A stretch of 64,000 nt of DNA from Octopus vulgaris (taxonomy: Eukaryota): positions 23,002,001 to 23,066,000 of the forward strand of contig OX597819.1 of assembly GCA_951406725.2 (NCBI GenBank), read 5' to 3'. The position numbers were made by a program, and so were the translations under genes. Below the pieces are notes generated by a model, which saw nothing but the letters and a program-made list of their open reading frames with translations, did not search any database and had not been told where the DNA came from. Of the stretch, positions 15,320 to 28,149 are shown in pieces (position 1 is the stretch's first letter; each line of letters begins with the position of its first letter).

Positions 15320-16340
15320 ATGGCTGCCCCCTCGTTATCGAGTATGGCCATTGCACGAAGCTTAACTGTTACTGGTGCTGTGATCGAATGTGACTTTTTA
15401 GCCCAGCTAAAGATCTACAATGTCTTGTACAAAATTGGCAACTAAGACATTTACTGGTAATAGCCGGCTGTAGTTGTAACTGGGCTTCATGTACCTTTGC
15501 ATGTCGTTTAAGTCCTCCTGCTGAATTACGCTCTCTTCCACATGCCCGAGAGATATGATTAATATGGTGTGTTGCACCACCACCAGTGGCCAGATTGCCA
15601 CTCATCTGTCTCAATTTATGACTACGAAGATGACTCATGAGTCCAGCTTTACTGAGGCAGGGTCTTGCACAGACATTGCATGTCAGAATCAAAGGAAGGT
15701 CCTTCCCTTCTGAAAGTGTAACAGCGATGCCCTTCCTGACATCCCTCCTTACTTTCTCATGTGCAACTCGAGATTTCTCAAATGTGGCTGTCCCCTCATG
15801 CACAATCCTTCTCCACCTGCTACAATCAATAGCTATGCCTTCCCATGTGTCAGGAGAGATGCAAGCATCTCTTAAGGAAGCCTTCAGCAAGTCCTTATAC
15901 CTCTTTTTTGGTTTATGTGGAGTTCGTTCTCCTTTAGCTAACTCTCCATAAAAGAGTTGTTTTGGCATCCTTGAATCCTTCATTCTGACCAGATGACCAC
16001 TCCATCTGAGCTTTTGCTTTAACACAGGAGCTTCTATACTTACACACCGAGTGCCTTCGAGTATTTCAAGATCACTGATGCGGTCCTTTCACTTAATGCT
16101 ATAGATCCGTCTGAGGCACATCTGATGGAAACGTTCCAGATGTTTAAGGTGGTATCGATATGTGACCCACGTCTCGCAGACATAGAGCAGAGAAGGGAGC
16201 CCACATGCCTTGTACACTTTTATCTTTGTCTTTCTGCAAATGTCTCGGCGACTCCAGCGAGTCTAGCCTTCCGAAAGCAACACTTGCTTTCCTAAGTCTA
16301 TATGGAACTTCATCATCCACATTGCCATATCTATTAATAG
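15320..16340 (-). mobile_element. RTE-clade LINE 3' fragment with three C-terminal C2H2-like motifs
   Basis: Contains KLRWSGHLVRMKDSRMPKQLFYGELAKGER, VDDEVPYRLRKASVAFGRL, CNVC...SHLRSH and CQFC...SHIRSQH. Confidence 0.9.
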
Positions 16341-16436
16341 TGCATACATACATACATACATACATACATACATACATACATACATACATACATACATACA
16401 TACATACATACATACATACATACATACATACATACG

Positions 16437-16650
16437 TCCGGCACTAGTCGCCATGATAGATCGTTAGCCACTACACACATTTTTTTCTCTCCTTGTTTCT
16501 CTCCATGTTGTTTCTGTGTCCCTTTCTGTAGAAGGGCACAGTCTCGAAACGTAAAAGACTTTTTCTATTCCTGAGCGTTATACTAATACATCTGTTTGTT
16601 TTGTACACGACCTGTCTTCGTCTTTTGTTTTTTTCGTAAACTCTCCCTAT
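16437..16650 (+). mobile_element. Isolated 3' terminus of the Neptune-type PLE with hammerhead-like motif (16522-16557)
   Basis: Similar to 11446-11645. Contains CTTT-CTGTAGA...GAAAC-GTA-AAAG. Confidence 0.75.
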
Positions 16651-16673
16651 ACATACTTACATACATACATACA

Positions 16674-17172
16674 TGGTGGCTGCCCCGTCATTAGCGAGTA
16701 TGGCCATTGCACAAAGCTTAATCAATGTTGTTATCGTGCAATGCCTGTGCAAGAAGATTTTTTTTAAAGTGAGGAAAGGCTGTGCACTGAGTCAATCCCA
16801 CTCACTGAGCAACAGCAGCCATAATCCGAAAAGAAGAACAAGTCAACATCATCGGTAACCACTGAGTTACAGGTTTTATGTCGGAGTTATCCCAGTTACC
16901 CGAGTTACCTTCTCCTAGAAGGATGCCCTAACAAAGGCTAGGAGTCCTTCACTCCCAATGATTTAACTGCGCTATCGGGTATTCAATCCGATTATTTCTA
17001 TGTCCCCGCGCATAATAAAGCCTTAAGACATTTATTGGATGGCCGTTGACTCTCAAGAGTTCCTCCGCCCTTTGATAGGCTTTGTTTTTCATCCCGCAAG
17101 GTGTTCAATAAACACCCTCCTCACCAAGCAAGCTTGGTGGGGTTGCCAGTTTAGTCGCTGATGACCCGACCA
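16674..17172 (-). mobile_element. Bipartite non-autonomous RTE derivative (5' UTR joined to 3' end)
   Basis: The 3' end (16676-16720) matches the RTE tail at 15321-15365. The body contains CTAGGAGAAGGTAACTC...TAAAACC, resembling the RTE 5'-UTR motif. No ORF; flanked by (CATA)n. Confidence 0.7.
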
Positions 17173-17717
17173 TACATACATACATGCATACATACATACA
17201 TACATACATACATACATACATACATACATACATACATACATACAGACGTACATATATGTATACACACATATATTTTCGATCAGATCTCTTTTGAGTTAAC
17301 ATGGGATTTCTTGACGACAATGTAAACTTCATTTGATTAAGCTATCTTTGGCCCGACCAGTAGTTAGCAGAATACTCTTCGCTTGGGTAAATACTAGTTC
17401 CGAGGTCCTGCTAGCTACGGAGCATATGTTGCCTGGATTTTATCTATTCCATTCCCTGATTTTGGATTTTTATTCGCTTATACAGTAGCCCCAGCTGCTA
17501 ACCGTGGACATAAAATAACTTTTTTCAGCTTATCGAACTTCGTTATGGGGAAAATTTACAACATTCTACGCACGCCAATAAATCACTATTTGTTCCTGAA
17601 AGTTGTTTTATTTTTATACTTTCTACAGACTGCTCGAACCTTATTTCCTACGCATGGATCCTTGGATCTCACCTTTACGTACATACTTACACACATACAT
17701 ATGTATATATATGTATA

Positions 17718-17748
<31 letters not shown>

Positions 17749-17749
17749 G

Positions 17750-17826
<77 letters not shown>

Positions 17827-18265
17827 GTATATATATTGTATATATATTGTCCAAAATGTTGCTTTTTCAGAAAATGAAAAAAATAGTTTTACCATTCCAT
17901 AGCAAAACCATTGTACTACACTTTTAGAATTTTTGATATCTCGGCATCTCAAGCAGCTGGAGATACAATAGTTTGCCCAAATACTATAGTTTGCAAATAC
18001 AATAGTTTGCAAAAATGAAAAGTCAAATAACGCACTTGGCCAAATGTTATCACAATGTTTCGGTTGATACACCCTCCAGCCTTAATTAGGTGTCGTGGAG
18101 GAAATTTCGAACCTGAGTTCTCATTCCTAAGGTATTCTTCAATCTTCTTCTTCTTCTTCTTCTTCTTCTTCTTCTTCTTCTTCTTCTTCTTCTTCTTCTT
18201 CTTCTTCTTCTTCTTCTTCTTTCTACTTCTTCTTCTTCTCCTTCTTCATCTTCTATATATATATA

Positions 18266-18319
<54 letters not shown>

Positions 18320-18320
18320 C

Positions 18321-18356
18321 CTTTCTGTAGAAGAGCGTAGGCTCGAAACGTAAAAG
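18321..18356 (+). ncRNA. Minimal hammerhead-like motif, A6>U variant (mirror copy 22312-22347, minus)
   Basis: Stem I CTTT/AAAG, core CTGTAGA, stem II GAGC-GTAG-GCTC, GAAAC-GTA with a palindromic stem III. Confidence 0.6.
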
Positions 18357-18447
18357 ACTTTTTCTATTCCTCAGCGTTGTACTAATACATCTGTTTGTTT
18401 TGTACACCACTTGTCTTCGTCTTTAGTTTTTTTTCGTAAACTCTCCC

Positions 18448-18479
<32 letters not shown>

Positions 18480-18502
18480 CATACATATACATATATGTAT
18501 AC

Positions 18503-18556
<54 letters not shown>

Positions 18557-18558
18557 GG

Positions 18559-18589
<31 letters not shown>

Positions 18590-18602
18590 CATATATATAT
18601 AA

Positions 18603-18659
<57 letters not shown>

Positions 18660-18666
<7 letters not shown>

Positions 18667-19149
18667 CGTTATATTTCGGAATGGTCATATTGCCAGTTTA
18701 GCCAATAAAAACACACGCACTATATATTTGGTGTTATTTTGCTTCAGTGATATTTATTTTTTACATTAATCTTAATCTTATTTCGTCCAAAGTTCTTTCG
18801 TCACACTCCTGTGACCGCATCAGTGGTCCTTTGTTTTCTTCTCACTTATTTGTGTCTCTCCTTACTAACCGTCAGCCATTTTGTATTTCTATTGTATGTC
18901 TTCATTTGCGCATGCTTATATCTCTATGTGCGTCTATGTTTATTTAGTGTGTGTGTGGGGGATGCCTGTAATATTTGTATCTTCTGTTTATATACATTCT
19001 TGTAATTTGTATTTTGCTTTTGTTGTTGTTGCTTTTGTTCTAATTTTGTTCATGTGTTTACATCCACCCATTATTATCATTACATATGCTTGTATGTATG
19101 TATAACACCAATATTAGTAATAATAATAATAAATCTAATCAAAAAAAAA

Positions 19150-19182
<33 letters not shown>

Positions 19183-19215
19183 CATATATATATATATATA
19201 CACACATATATACAC

Positions 19216-19268
<53 letters not shown>

Positions 19269-19940
19269 TACATAGATATATATACATATATATAGTTATT
19301 CATTTCTATTTCTTTAAGTATCTGTGTATTTATTATGTTTGCAGGATCCACTATCGTCATATGTTGTGGTGTGTGCTATTGCTCCATTCTAGTTTTCTAT
19401 TCAGGCTAGGTTTATTTTCTATTATGTGTGTAGCTTCTGTAATTTGTCTAATTGTTGCATCTGTTCTATGCGTGGACAATATCTTAATCTCTATGTTATT
19501 GATTGATCCCCCGTGTTCCTGTTCGTGTTGGTACAGAATCGATGAGCTCTTACCTTCCTTGAGTTGTCTCCAATGTCATTCACCCGCTCTCCAATGCTTC
19601 TTGCTGTTTCCCCTACGTATGTTACTGTCTTGTTACTGCATCGTCCCTCTATACATCTTATACTATAGACCACATTTCTGGCTTTACAGTTTGTTTGTGG
19701 GCTAAATCTACATACAGTGCAATAGTTATCCGTACAGAGGGTTCTACTAAAAGGATAGGTTCTACCAATTATAGATCTGATAGGGTTGCCTGACTTTTCA
19801 AGAACCTTAATTCTTAGTTTAAGTTTATCTAGGGTCCTTCTAAAGCGGTACGCCAGTTCACCTCCAGGGGTGGTGTCAACGAACATGACACTCTGGTATT
19901 TATGGCTACCATACCAAGAGTTGGCCTTCCCTATTTTCTT
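18660..19940 (-). mobile_element. 5'-truncated Penelope-like element: GIY-YIG endonuclease fragment and 3' region
   Basis: SVMFVDTTPGGELA...CTDNYCTVC...[13 protein letters not shown]...[14 protein letters not shown]. After a frameshift, SSILYQH...[22 protein letters not shown]. Confidence 0.9.
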
Positions 19941-20322
19941 TTTTTTTTTTTTTTTTGTCCTTTCTATAGGTAAGAGCTCATCGATTCTGTACCAACACAC
20001 CGAACAGGAACACGGGGGATCAGTCAATAACATAGAGATTAAGATATTGTCCACACATAGAACAGATGCAACAATTAGACAAATTACAGAAGCTACACAT
20101 ATAATAGAAAATAAACCTAGCCTGAATAGAAAACTAGAATGGAGCAATAGCACACACCACAACATATGACGATAGTGGATCCTGCAAACATAATAAATAC
20201 ACAGATAATTAAAGAAATAGAAATGAATAACTATGTATATGTATATATATCTATGTATGTATATGTGTATATATATATATATATGTATATGTGTATATAT
20301 GTGTGTATATATATATATATAT

Positions 20323-21534
20323 TGTTACGGCGGAATCACCCGTCGTCGCCCGTCCCGAACGGCTCACACAAGTTCCGCCACGGAGCCCAAGGAGGCGGAG
20401 AGAGGAGATACAGATAGATACTGCCACAACCTCAACAGCACAGAGATACAGAGGCACAACCCGAGACACAACCCAAAGAGGCAAGGCAACAACTGGCAAC
20501 ACTGGCTTATATTCAAACAACAGTTTATACGACAATTACAATTGTTACAACATCAAAGCATTTAAGGCAAAAAACAAATCAATACATCATACGGTATACC
20601 ACAGATCAAAGCATTTAACAACATGCATGTAACAATATAACAGTGTTCAGTAACGACACAAGTCCAGATCAAATAATGTTCACGATACGTCACAGTCCAA
20701 TCAGAACACTTCGATACATTATACAATGTTCGTATCACAACAATTCACGTTACAATTCAACAAGTCCTTTACTCAATTCACAATGTTCTTTATCGACTAC
20801 ATCGACAGAGTCCTTCTTTTTCTCTCTTCTTTGTTCAATACACAAATCACATACCTTAATTCCTAATTGAATCTGCCAGTGTCCCATTCCTCTCAATCCT
20901 GCTAAATCCTTATGTACATATTCCCTCTGCACATATCCCAATCAGTGCCGCCAAGCTATCGCATCCCAGCTCGCTCCCAAGAATTCCAACGCTTCCAAGA
21001 TTCCATCCACTCGCTCTGACCTCCAGAGTCCGTCTCTCTTCTTCGACGACCAGCCACGAACTCCAAGATCCGTCTGTGTTCCTCGACGACCGCTCAACGA
21101 CTGCCAAGACTTCACTTCGTCTCTGTCCTTCTTCCACTCCCCTCATCTCCCTCTGTCTATATCGCTCTTACCCTTTCTAACTGCCCTGGTCCTTATACCC
21201 TATCTATATCGCCTGCTGTCTCTTAGCCTTTATATTTGCTATCTGATTCCTTACTCTATCTATATCGCCTGCTGTCTCTTAGCCTCTCCATCCGTCCCCT
21301 ACTGCTTATACCCTATCTCTATTTGCTCTCAGCCCTTAATCTGTCCCTTTTTCACATTCTCACTGACCCTCTTATCAACCACACGAGGTCACAGGTCATT
21401 CCAAAACCCATCAGTCCTCCATTAGACAAAGAACCCGTCACATTTCACCAGACATCATGGTGCCATTATTCCTATGTGGGTCACCAGAAACACTACACTA
21501 ATTAAACCCGAAATGCACTTAGCCAACCGTAACA
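20323..21534 (-). mobile_element. Solo LTR (TG...CA), probably Gypsy-type
   Basis: Termini TGTTACGG...CCGTAACA, ATAT duplicated on both sides, 1212 bp, no coding capacity, absent from the mirror arm. Strand is inferred. Confidence 0.8.
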
Positions 21535-21883
21535 ATATATATAAATATATATATATATATTTTTTTTTGATTAGATTTATTATTATTATTACTAATATTG
21601 TTGTTATACATACATACAAGCATATGTAATGATAATAATGGGTGGATGTAAACACATGAACAAAATTAGAACAAAAGCAACAACAACAAAAGCAAAATAC
21701 AAATTACAAGAATGTATATAAACAGAAGATACAAATATTACAGACATCCCCCCACACACACACTAAATAAACATAGACGCACATAGAGATATAAGCATGC
21801 GCAAATGAAGACATACAATAGAAATACAAAATGGCTGACGGTTAGTAAGGAGAGACACAAATAAGTGAGAAGAAAACAAAGGA

Positions 21884-21923
21884 CCACTGATGCGGTCACA
21901 GGAGTGTGACGAAAGAACTTTGG
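21884..21923 (+). ncRNA. Hammerhead-like motif in the PLE 3' region (mirror copy 18787-18826, minus)
   Basis: CCA-CTGATGC-G-GTCACA-GGAG-TGTGAC-GAAAG-AA-CTT-TGG, with A9>C. Confidence 0.65.
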
Positions 21924-22101
21924 CCGAAATAAGATTAAGATTAATGTAAAAAATAAATATCACTGAAGCAAAATAACACCAAATATATAGTGCGTGTGTT
22001 TTTATTGGCTAAACTGGCAATATGACCATTCCGAAATATAACAACATCTGTTTCAACACACGACTTCACATAAAAAATCTTGCACAACAAATATTTAAAC
22101 G

Positions 22102-22144
<43 letters not shown>

Positions 22145-22395
22145 TTATATATATATATATGTATGCATACATATATGTATATGTATGTATATATATATAC
22201 ATATATATTTATATATATAGGGAGAGTTTACGAAAAAAAAACAAAAGACGAAGACAAGTGGTGTACAAAACAAACAGATGTATTAGTACAACGCTCAGGA
22301 ATAGAAAAAGTATTTTACGTTTCGAGCCTACGCTCTTCTACAGAAAGGGGCATATATATATATATATGCGTATATATATATATATATATAGAAGA

Positions 22396-22506
<111 letters not shown>

Positions 22507-22556
22507 TTGAAGAATACCTTAGGAATGAGAACTCTGGTTCGAAATTTCCTCCACGA

Positions 22557-22598
22557 CACCTAATTAAGGCTGGAGGGTGTATCAACCGAAACGTTGTG
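22557..22598 (+). ncRNA. Degenerate hammerhead-like motif (mirror ~18050-18092; relative at 30131-30178)
   Basis: CAC-CTAATTA-AGGCTG...CAACC-GAAAC-GTT-GTG, with the core degraded from CTGATGA. Confidence 0.45.
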
Positions 22599-22817
22599 AT
22601 AACATTTGGCCAAGTGCGTTATTTGACTTTTCATTTTTGCAAACTATTGTATTTGCAAACTATTGTATTTGGCAAACTATTGTATCTCCAGCTGCTTGAG
22701 ATGCCGAGATATCAAAAATTCTAAAAGTGTAGTACAATGGTTTTGCTATGGAATGGTAAAACTATTTTTTTCATTTTCTGAAAAAGCAACATTTTGGACA
22801 ATTTTGCTTAATAGCAA

Positions 22818-22881
<64 letters not shown>

Positions 22882-23111
22882 AAACAAGTCAGGATACAAA
22901 ATGCTAAAATAATTTTATAAAGAACATTTCAGTACCGGTTTCAGTCATTGAGACCTTTTCAACTGTAACAATTAAATAATTAAATTTAGAAAAATTAAAA
23001 GAAAAGTTTTTTTTAAAAGAATATCTGTATAGTGTTCAAATATAAGTGGCATTTTCCTTGTTTCTGCCTTTCTCTGTCTCTCTAGTTTGCTCTTGTGGTT
23101 GAAGGTCAATG

Positions 23112-23190
<79 letters not shown>

Positions 23191-23576
23191 TAGGCCATAG
23201 ATGTAGTCTACAAGTTCCCCTTGACTGATAGAGATATAGCAGGATAACTTTCGTGGGTATGGCATCTGACGAGACCTAATGAAGTGTGAATGATTGTCGC
23301 TTATCGCTACACAAGAAGCCTGTCTTTTCCTTAACGATATGTCATCTTTATAAAATTCTAGACTCTTTCTCACGTAAGCTGTTTTCAATTGTCTTTCGGT
23401 AATTTAAATACATTCCGTAAATGAGGATGTCGTTTTAATGAATCAAGAATTTAAGTTGTATGGCATGTGATATACTTATATTCTTCTATGTTCATATATA
23501 TAAGACACTGGCCAATTTGAGTTATTTCTCTTCGCTCATTTTTGTTTAGCACGCACACACATACATACGCGCGTCC

Positions 23577-23644
<68 letters not shown>

Positions 23645-23646
<2 letters not shown>

Positions 23647-23860
23647 TTATTCTTTCTTTCTTTCACTTGTTTCAGTCATTTGGCTGCGTCTATGCTGGGG
23701 CACCGCCTTCTGTCGAACAAATCAACCCCAGGACTTATTCTTTGAAAGCCAAGTACTTACTCTATCATTCTTTTTTGCCGAACCGCTAAATTATGGGATG
23801 TAAACACACCAATAACGGTTGTCAAGTGATGGTGGAGGCGACAAACAGACACACAAACAT

Positions 23861-23897
<37 letters not shown>

Positions 23898-24010
23898 CGA
23901 CAGACTTCTTTTAGTTTCCATCTACCAAATCCACTCAAGTCTTTGGTCGACTCGAGGCTATCGTAGAAGGTGCCATGCAGTGGAACTGAACCCGGAGCCA
24001 TGTGGTTGGG
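23645..24010 (-). mobile_element. SINE family B (tRNA/CORE-like head, internal TA/TG microsatellite, 3' body)
   Basis: Same order of blocks as 32345-32735 and 43530-43890. Confidence 0.8.
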
Positions 24011-26086
24011 AATGTGTTTGTGTGTGTGTGTGTGCGCGCGCGTATGTATATTTGTATTGGGGTGTTGTTTAGTTTGCTTTTGTTGCTTATCTCCAAATCT
24101 ATCTAAAATGATAAAAATTCGTTATAACTGTGACCACCCCATCTGTCCTTTTATTTCAGTGTGATCCTATTTGCCTTTTTTGATACATGAATTTGGAGGA
24201 AATTTGTTGTGTTATTTCTGTTTGGGCTTGTGACGCAGTAGGAGCTCCGTTGCTGGTTGACAATGTTTGAAATTGTAAATACGATTCTTTGGAAAAGAAA
24301 ATAGCAGTAAAGGCATGAAATTAAGTAAGGGCATGAACGCGAAAATGGATATCTGTCGCCTTTGGTAGAAATAATTCTCTTATTTGCTTTCCGTTTTATT
24401 TCCAAATCAACAAAGCTCAATTCATACTCGCATATCTAGAAGGATACTGCTGCTACACACACAAATTATTTCGTGTTTAAAAGGATATTCGATTGATAGG
24501 TAAACTCTCACAATACAACTACGAGCTCAGTTCAAATATGCGGTTATCTTTTCACTACCGCCTGTATTACTACGACAGCATGTTCTGTTTATTAATTAAT
24601 CAGAGGAAGATGGGTAGCATTCATAATATTTTTTAGGATCTCATAGACTGGCGACGGGGAAGGTGGAAGTCTCATTCATTTATTTATATACTTATTTATT
24701 TATTTATTTATTCATTCATTCATGTAGCTGGACGACTTGCTGTTGAACGGGAGACCCGTTTTGCCTACCACTGAATATCTGGAATGGATCATTTCATGTG
24801 TTCTCAAACAGTTTTCGTCCACAAATTTTATGCTCCAGGCTTTGGATTTCTAATGGCTATTACAGAAGGGACTTAACCAAAGACATTGTACTGAGATTGT
24901 TCCTGAAGCCACATAGACTCGAAACGAATTAACTAACGACGCAATCACGCAAGCGCTTATAAAACGGTATGTTTCCTCTTTTAATCAAAACAGTCGATAC
25001 ATCTCTTCTGACTACTAAAATCTTACACCTATCGACTTCCATATCTCGCAATACGTACTTTATTCAAACGTTACCCCATGCAGCTTCAACACTACCTAAT
25101 TTCCCTCTACCCACATTTTCCTGAAGAGATATCCTAATAGCCTCGGAGTCTTCAGAGGTCGTGAGTGTTGATCTTTTATCTCCTTAAACAATTTATACGA
25201 AAATCATTTAAAATTCTTCAACCTCACAACCATAGAGTTAACAATGTGGAATTTATTCTTCATTGTTAAGTCTAGAAAAATAATCGCTGCAATTCTACTT
25301 TCTATCTATTTGCAAGATTCCTGATTGGAATTCGTGCTTTGTATCAAATCATATTACGTCTGGGGTGAGGAACATTACACCAATTGACTATCACACCAGT
25401 GCGTCTGTTCTTATTATTGGAGCAACGACCTCCAAGACGTAAGAAATAATCATTGTGTTGTTATGAAAAAAATGTAATCACTGGATGATGAAATATTACT
25501 TTTCAATGAAGGAAAATTTTGTGAGAGTATATTTTATATATATATAATACAAAGTAAAGGAGAATGAAAGCTCAAATCCTAGTCAGTCAACCGAATTCTC
25601 GAACGCATAAATGAAGATATTCAATCAATGTAATTGAATCATATATATTTATACACATCGACATAAATCATGCATGTATAGGCGTAAAGATTCTCAAAGG
25701 GTATAAAGAATAAAACCAAAGATACATGAAATATAGGAGAGATATAAAAGTATATAAAAATATATAAAAATACATATAAAATCACATATAAATAAGGATT
25801 ACATGTATGCGTGATAAACATAGGAGACACAAAACGAATGAGAAGTTGATAAATATAGGGATGAAAATATCAGTCTTCAAAATGGCAGACCGCCTAAATT
25901 GTCTAAAATTTCTAATACATCTAAGATATCAGATAAAAGTGGCACAAGATAGCAAGGTTAAGAACAGTAAAGGGGATCCGAAAAAATAGGAGGGTGTTCA
26001 ATCTACGGCCGTTTCAGGGGTACATTACCGGTCAAAGTACTTTGTATTATTTCACATTGGCTCTCTACGAGCACTCCGAAAATAGC

Positions 26087-26154
<68 letters not shown>

Positions 26155-26174
26155 GTGTGTGTGTATATATACAT

Positions 26175-26580
26175 ATTTATTTCATTATTGCCCACAAGGG
26201 GCTAAACATAGAGGGGACAAACAAAGACAGACAAAGGGATTAAGTTATTACATCGACTCCGTTGCGAAACTGGTACTTATTTAATCCACCCCGAAAGGAT
26301 GAAAGGCAAAGTCGATCTCGACGGAATTTGAACTCAGAACGTAGCGGTAGACGAGATACCCATTTCTTTACTACCCACAAGGGGCTAAACATAGAGGGGA
26401 CAAACAACGACAGACAAATGGATCAAGTCGATTATATCGACCCCAGTGCGTAACTGGTACTTATTTAATCCACCCCGAAAAGGATGAAAGGCAAAGTCGA
26501 CCTCGGCGGAATGTGAACTCAGAACGTAGCGGCAGACGAAATACCACTAAGCATTTCGCCCGGGGTGCTAACGATTCTGC
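26175..26580 (-). mobile_element. SINE family A tandem dimer, both units with the Tx1-like tail
   Basis: Two CCCACAAGGGGCTAAACATAGA tails; internal junction at 26360/26361. Confidence 0.9.
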
Positions 26581-26790
26581 TATATATGCACTCGTGAGTT
26601 GCCGACCTTAGTTTCTCGATCCCACTCTTCAGGTAACTGGCACTGTAGTTTTCGCAGCTTGATCATTTACATATCAAACTATTGAACTCAGCTGTTCCTA
26701 TGCACGCTGACAAGGGGAAAATTCTGGAGAAGAGTATTAGAGACGGCTATCAGCAGCAATAAAATTATATTCATGAAAATAAGACCACTG

Positions 26791-26791
<1 letters not shown>

Positions 26792-26878
<87 letters not shown>

Positions 26879-27000
26879 TAATGATAATAATAACAATAAT
26901 AATAATAATGATGGTAATAATAATAATAATAATAACAATGATAACATCAACAATAATAATAATAATAATGAATAACATCAACAATAATAATAATAATAAC

Positions 27001-27035
<35 letters not shown>

Positions 27036-27119
27036 TAATAATAATACTAACAATAACAATAATGATAATAATAATAATAATAGCAATGATAACAACAACA
27101 ATAATAATAATAATAACAA

Positions 27120-27150
<31 letters not shown>

Positions 27151-27179
27151 AAGAAGAAGAAGAAGAAGAAGAAGAAGAA

Positions 27180-27241
<62 letters not shown>

Positions 27242-27248
27242 AGAAGAA
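26792..27248. repeat. Compound (TAA)n/(GAA)n microsatellite
   Basis: Read directly from the sequence. Confidence 0.95.
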
Positions 27249-27605
27249 AATATATATAAGAAATAGAAAGAGGGGAACATGAGGAAAGATAGAAGAGGAA
27301 GGAACGAATGGAGGAGCAGAATACGATAAAGGAAATCAGAGGCAATCACTGTCAATATTCTGTAGGATATTGACATTTGTGGAAGTTGCGAATTTATATG
27401 GATGACTACGTTTGACCTAATTTTCCTGTGACATGTAGAAATAAATCAGAGGTGAGAGATGGTAGTAATATTGATGTATGTTCTGAGCTATCGTCTGCAT
27501 TGATTAATAGAATTTTTTTTTTGGTTTTCTTTTTGTTTTGATTTTTTTCTGTTGTTTTTTTTTATGTTTTTGTTTTGTTTTTTTTTTTGTTATATTATAC
27601 GAAAG

Positions 27606-27716
27606 AAAAGGAAGAAATGGATAGCTGTGACACCTCGATTTATCAGATCAGAATATGTAAAAATGCTGTATTCTCAAAACAAGCGACGATGCCGGTCGTT
27701 AACAGCGTGTCGGAAG
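27606..27716 (+). other. Candidate 111-bp host exon
   Basis: Preceded by a long T-rich tract and AG, followed by GTGAGT. Two frames are open (KRKKWIAVTPRF... or KEEMDSCDTSIYQIRIC...). No product recognised. Confidence 0.35.
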
Positions 27717-27810
27717 GTGAGTGCAGAGTAGCACCCGGTCTTAGCAGTTGAAACCACGACTGCACGATCGTCAGTGCAGCACCCTACCAACTAGCCCATA
27801 CAGCAGCAGC

Positions 27811-27863
<53 letters not shown>

Positions 27864-27911
27864 GAAGTAGTAGCAGCAGTAATAGTAGTAGTAGTAGTAG
27901 TAGTAGTAGTT

Positions 27912-27942
<31 letters not shown>

Positions 27943-28007
27943 GAAGTAGCAGCAGAAGCAGTATTATTATTATTATTATTATTAGTAGTAGTAGTAGTAG
28001 TAGTAGT

Positions 28008-28072
<65 letters not shown>

Positions 28073-28149
28073 CATTAGTAGTAGCAGCAGTTATAGCAGC
28101 TGTAGCAGCAGTAGTAGTAGTAGTAGTAGCAGCATCAGTAGTAAAGCGA

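Noticed and set aside
19491-20165. 224-aa ORF as a single protein
   Set aside because: It is chimeric. The hydrophobic N-terminus is the antisense of the inverted arm; only ~19575-19940 is real GIY-YIG sequence.
23270-26030. Half-hammerheads at ~23276 (CTGACGAGAC) and ~26000 (GAAACGGCCGTA, minus)
   Set aside because: Only one half of the core is present at each site.
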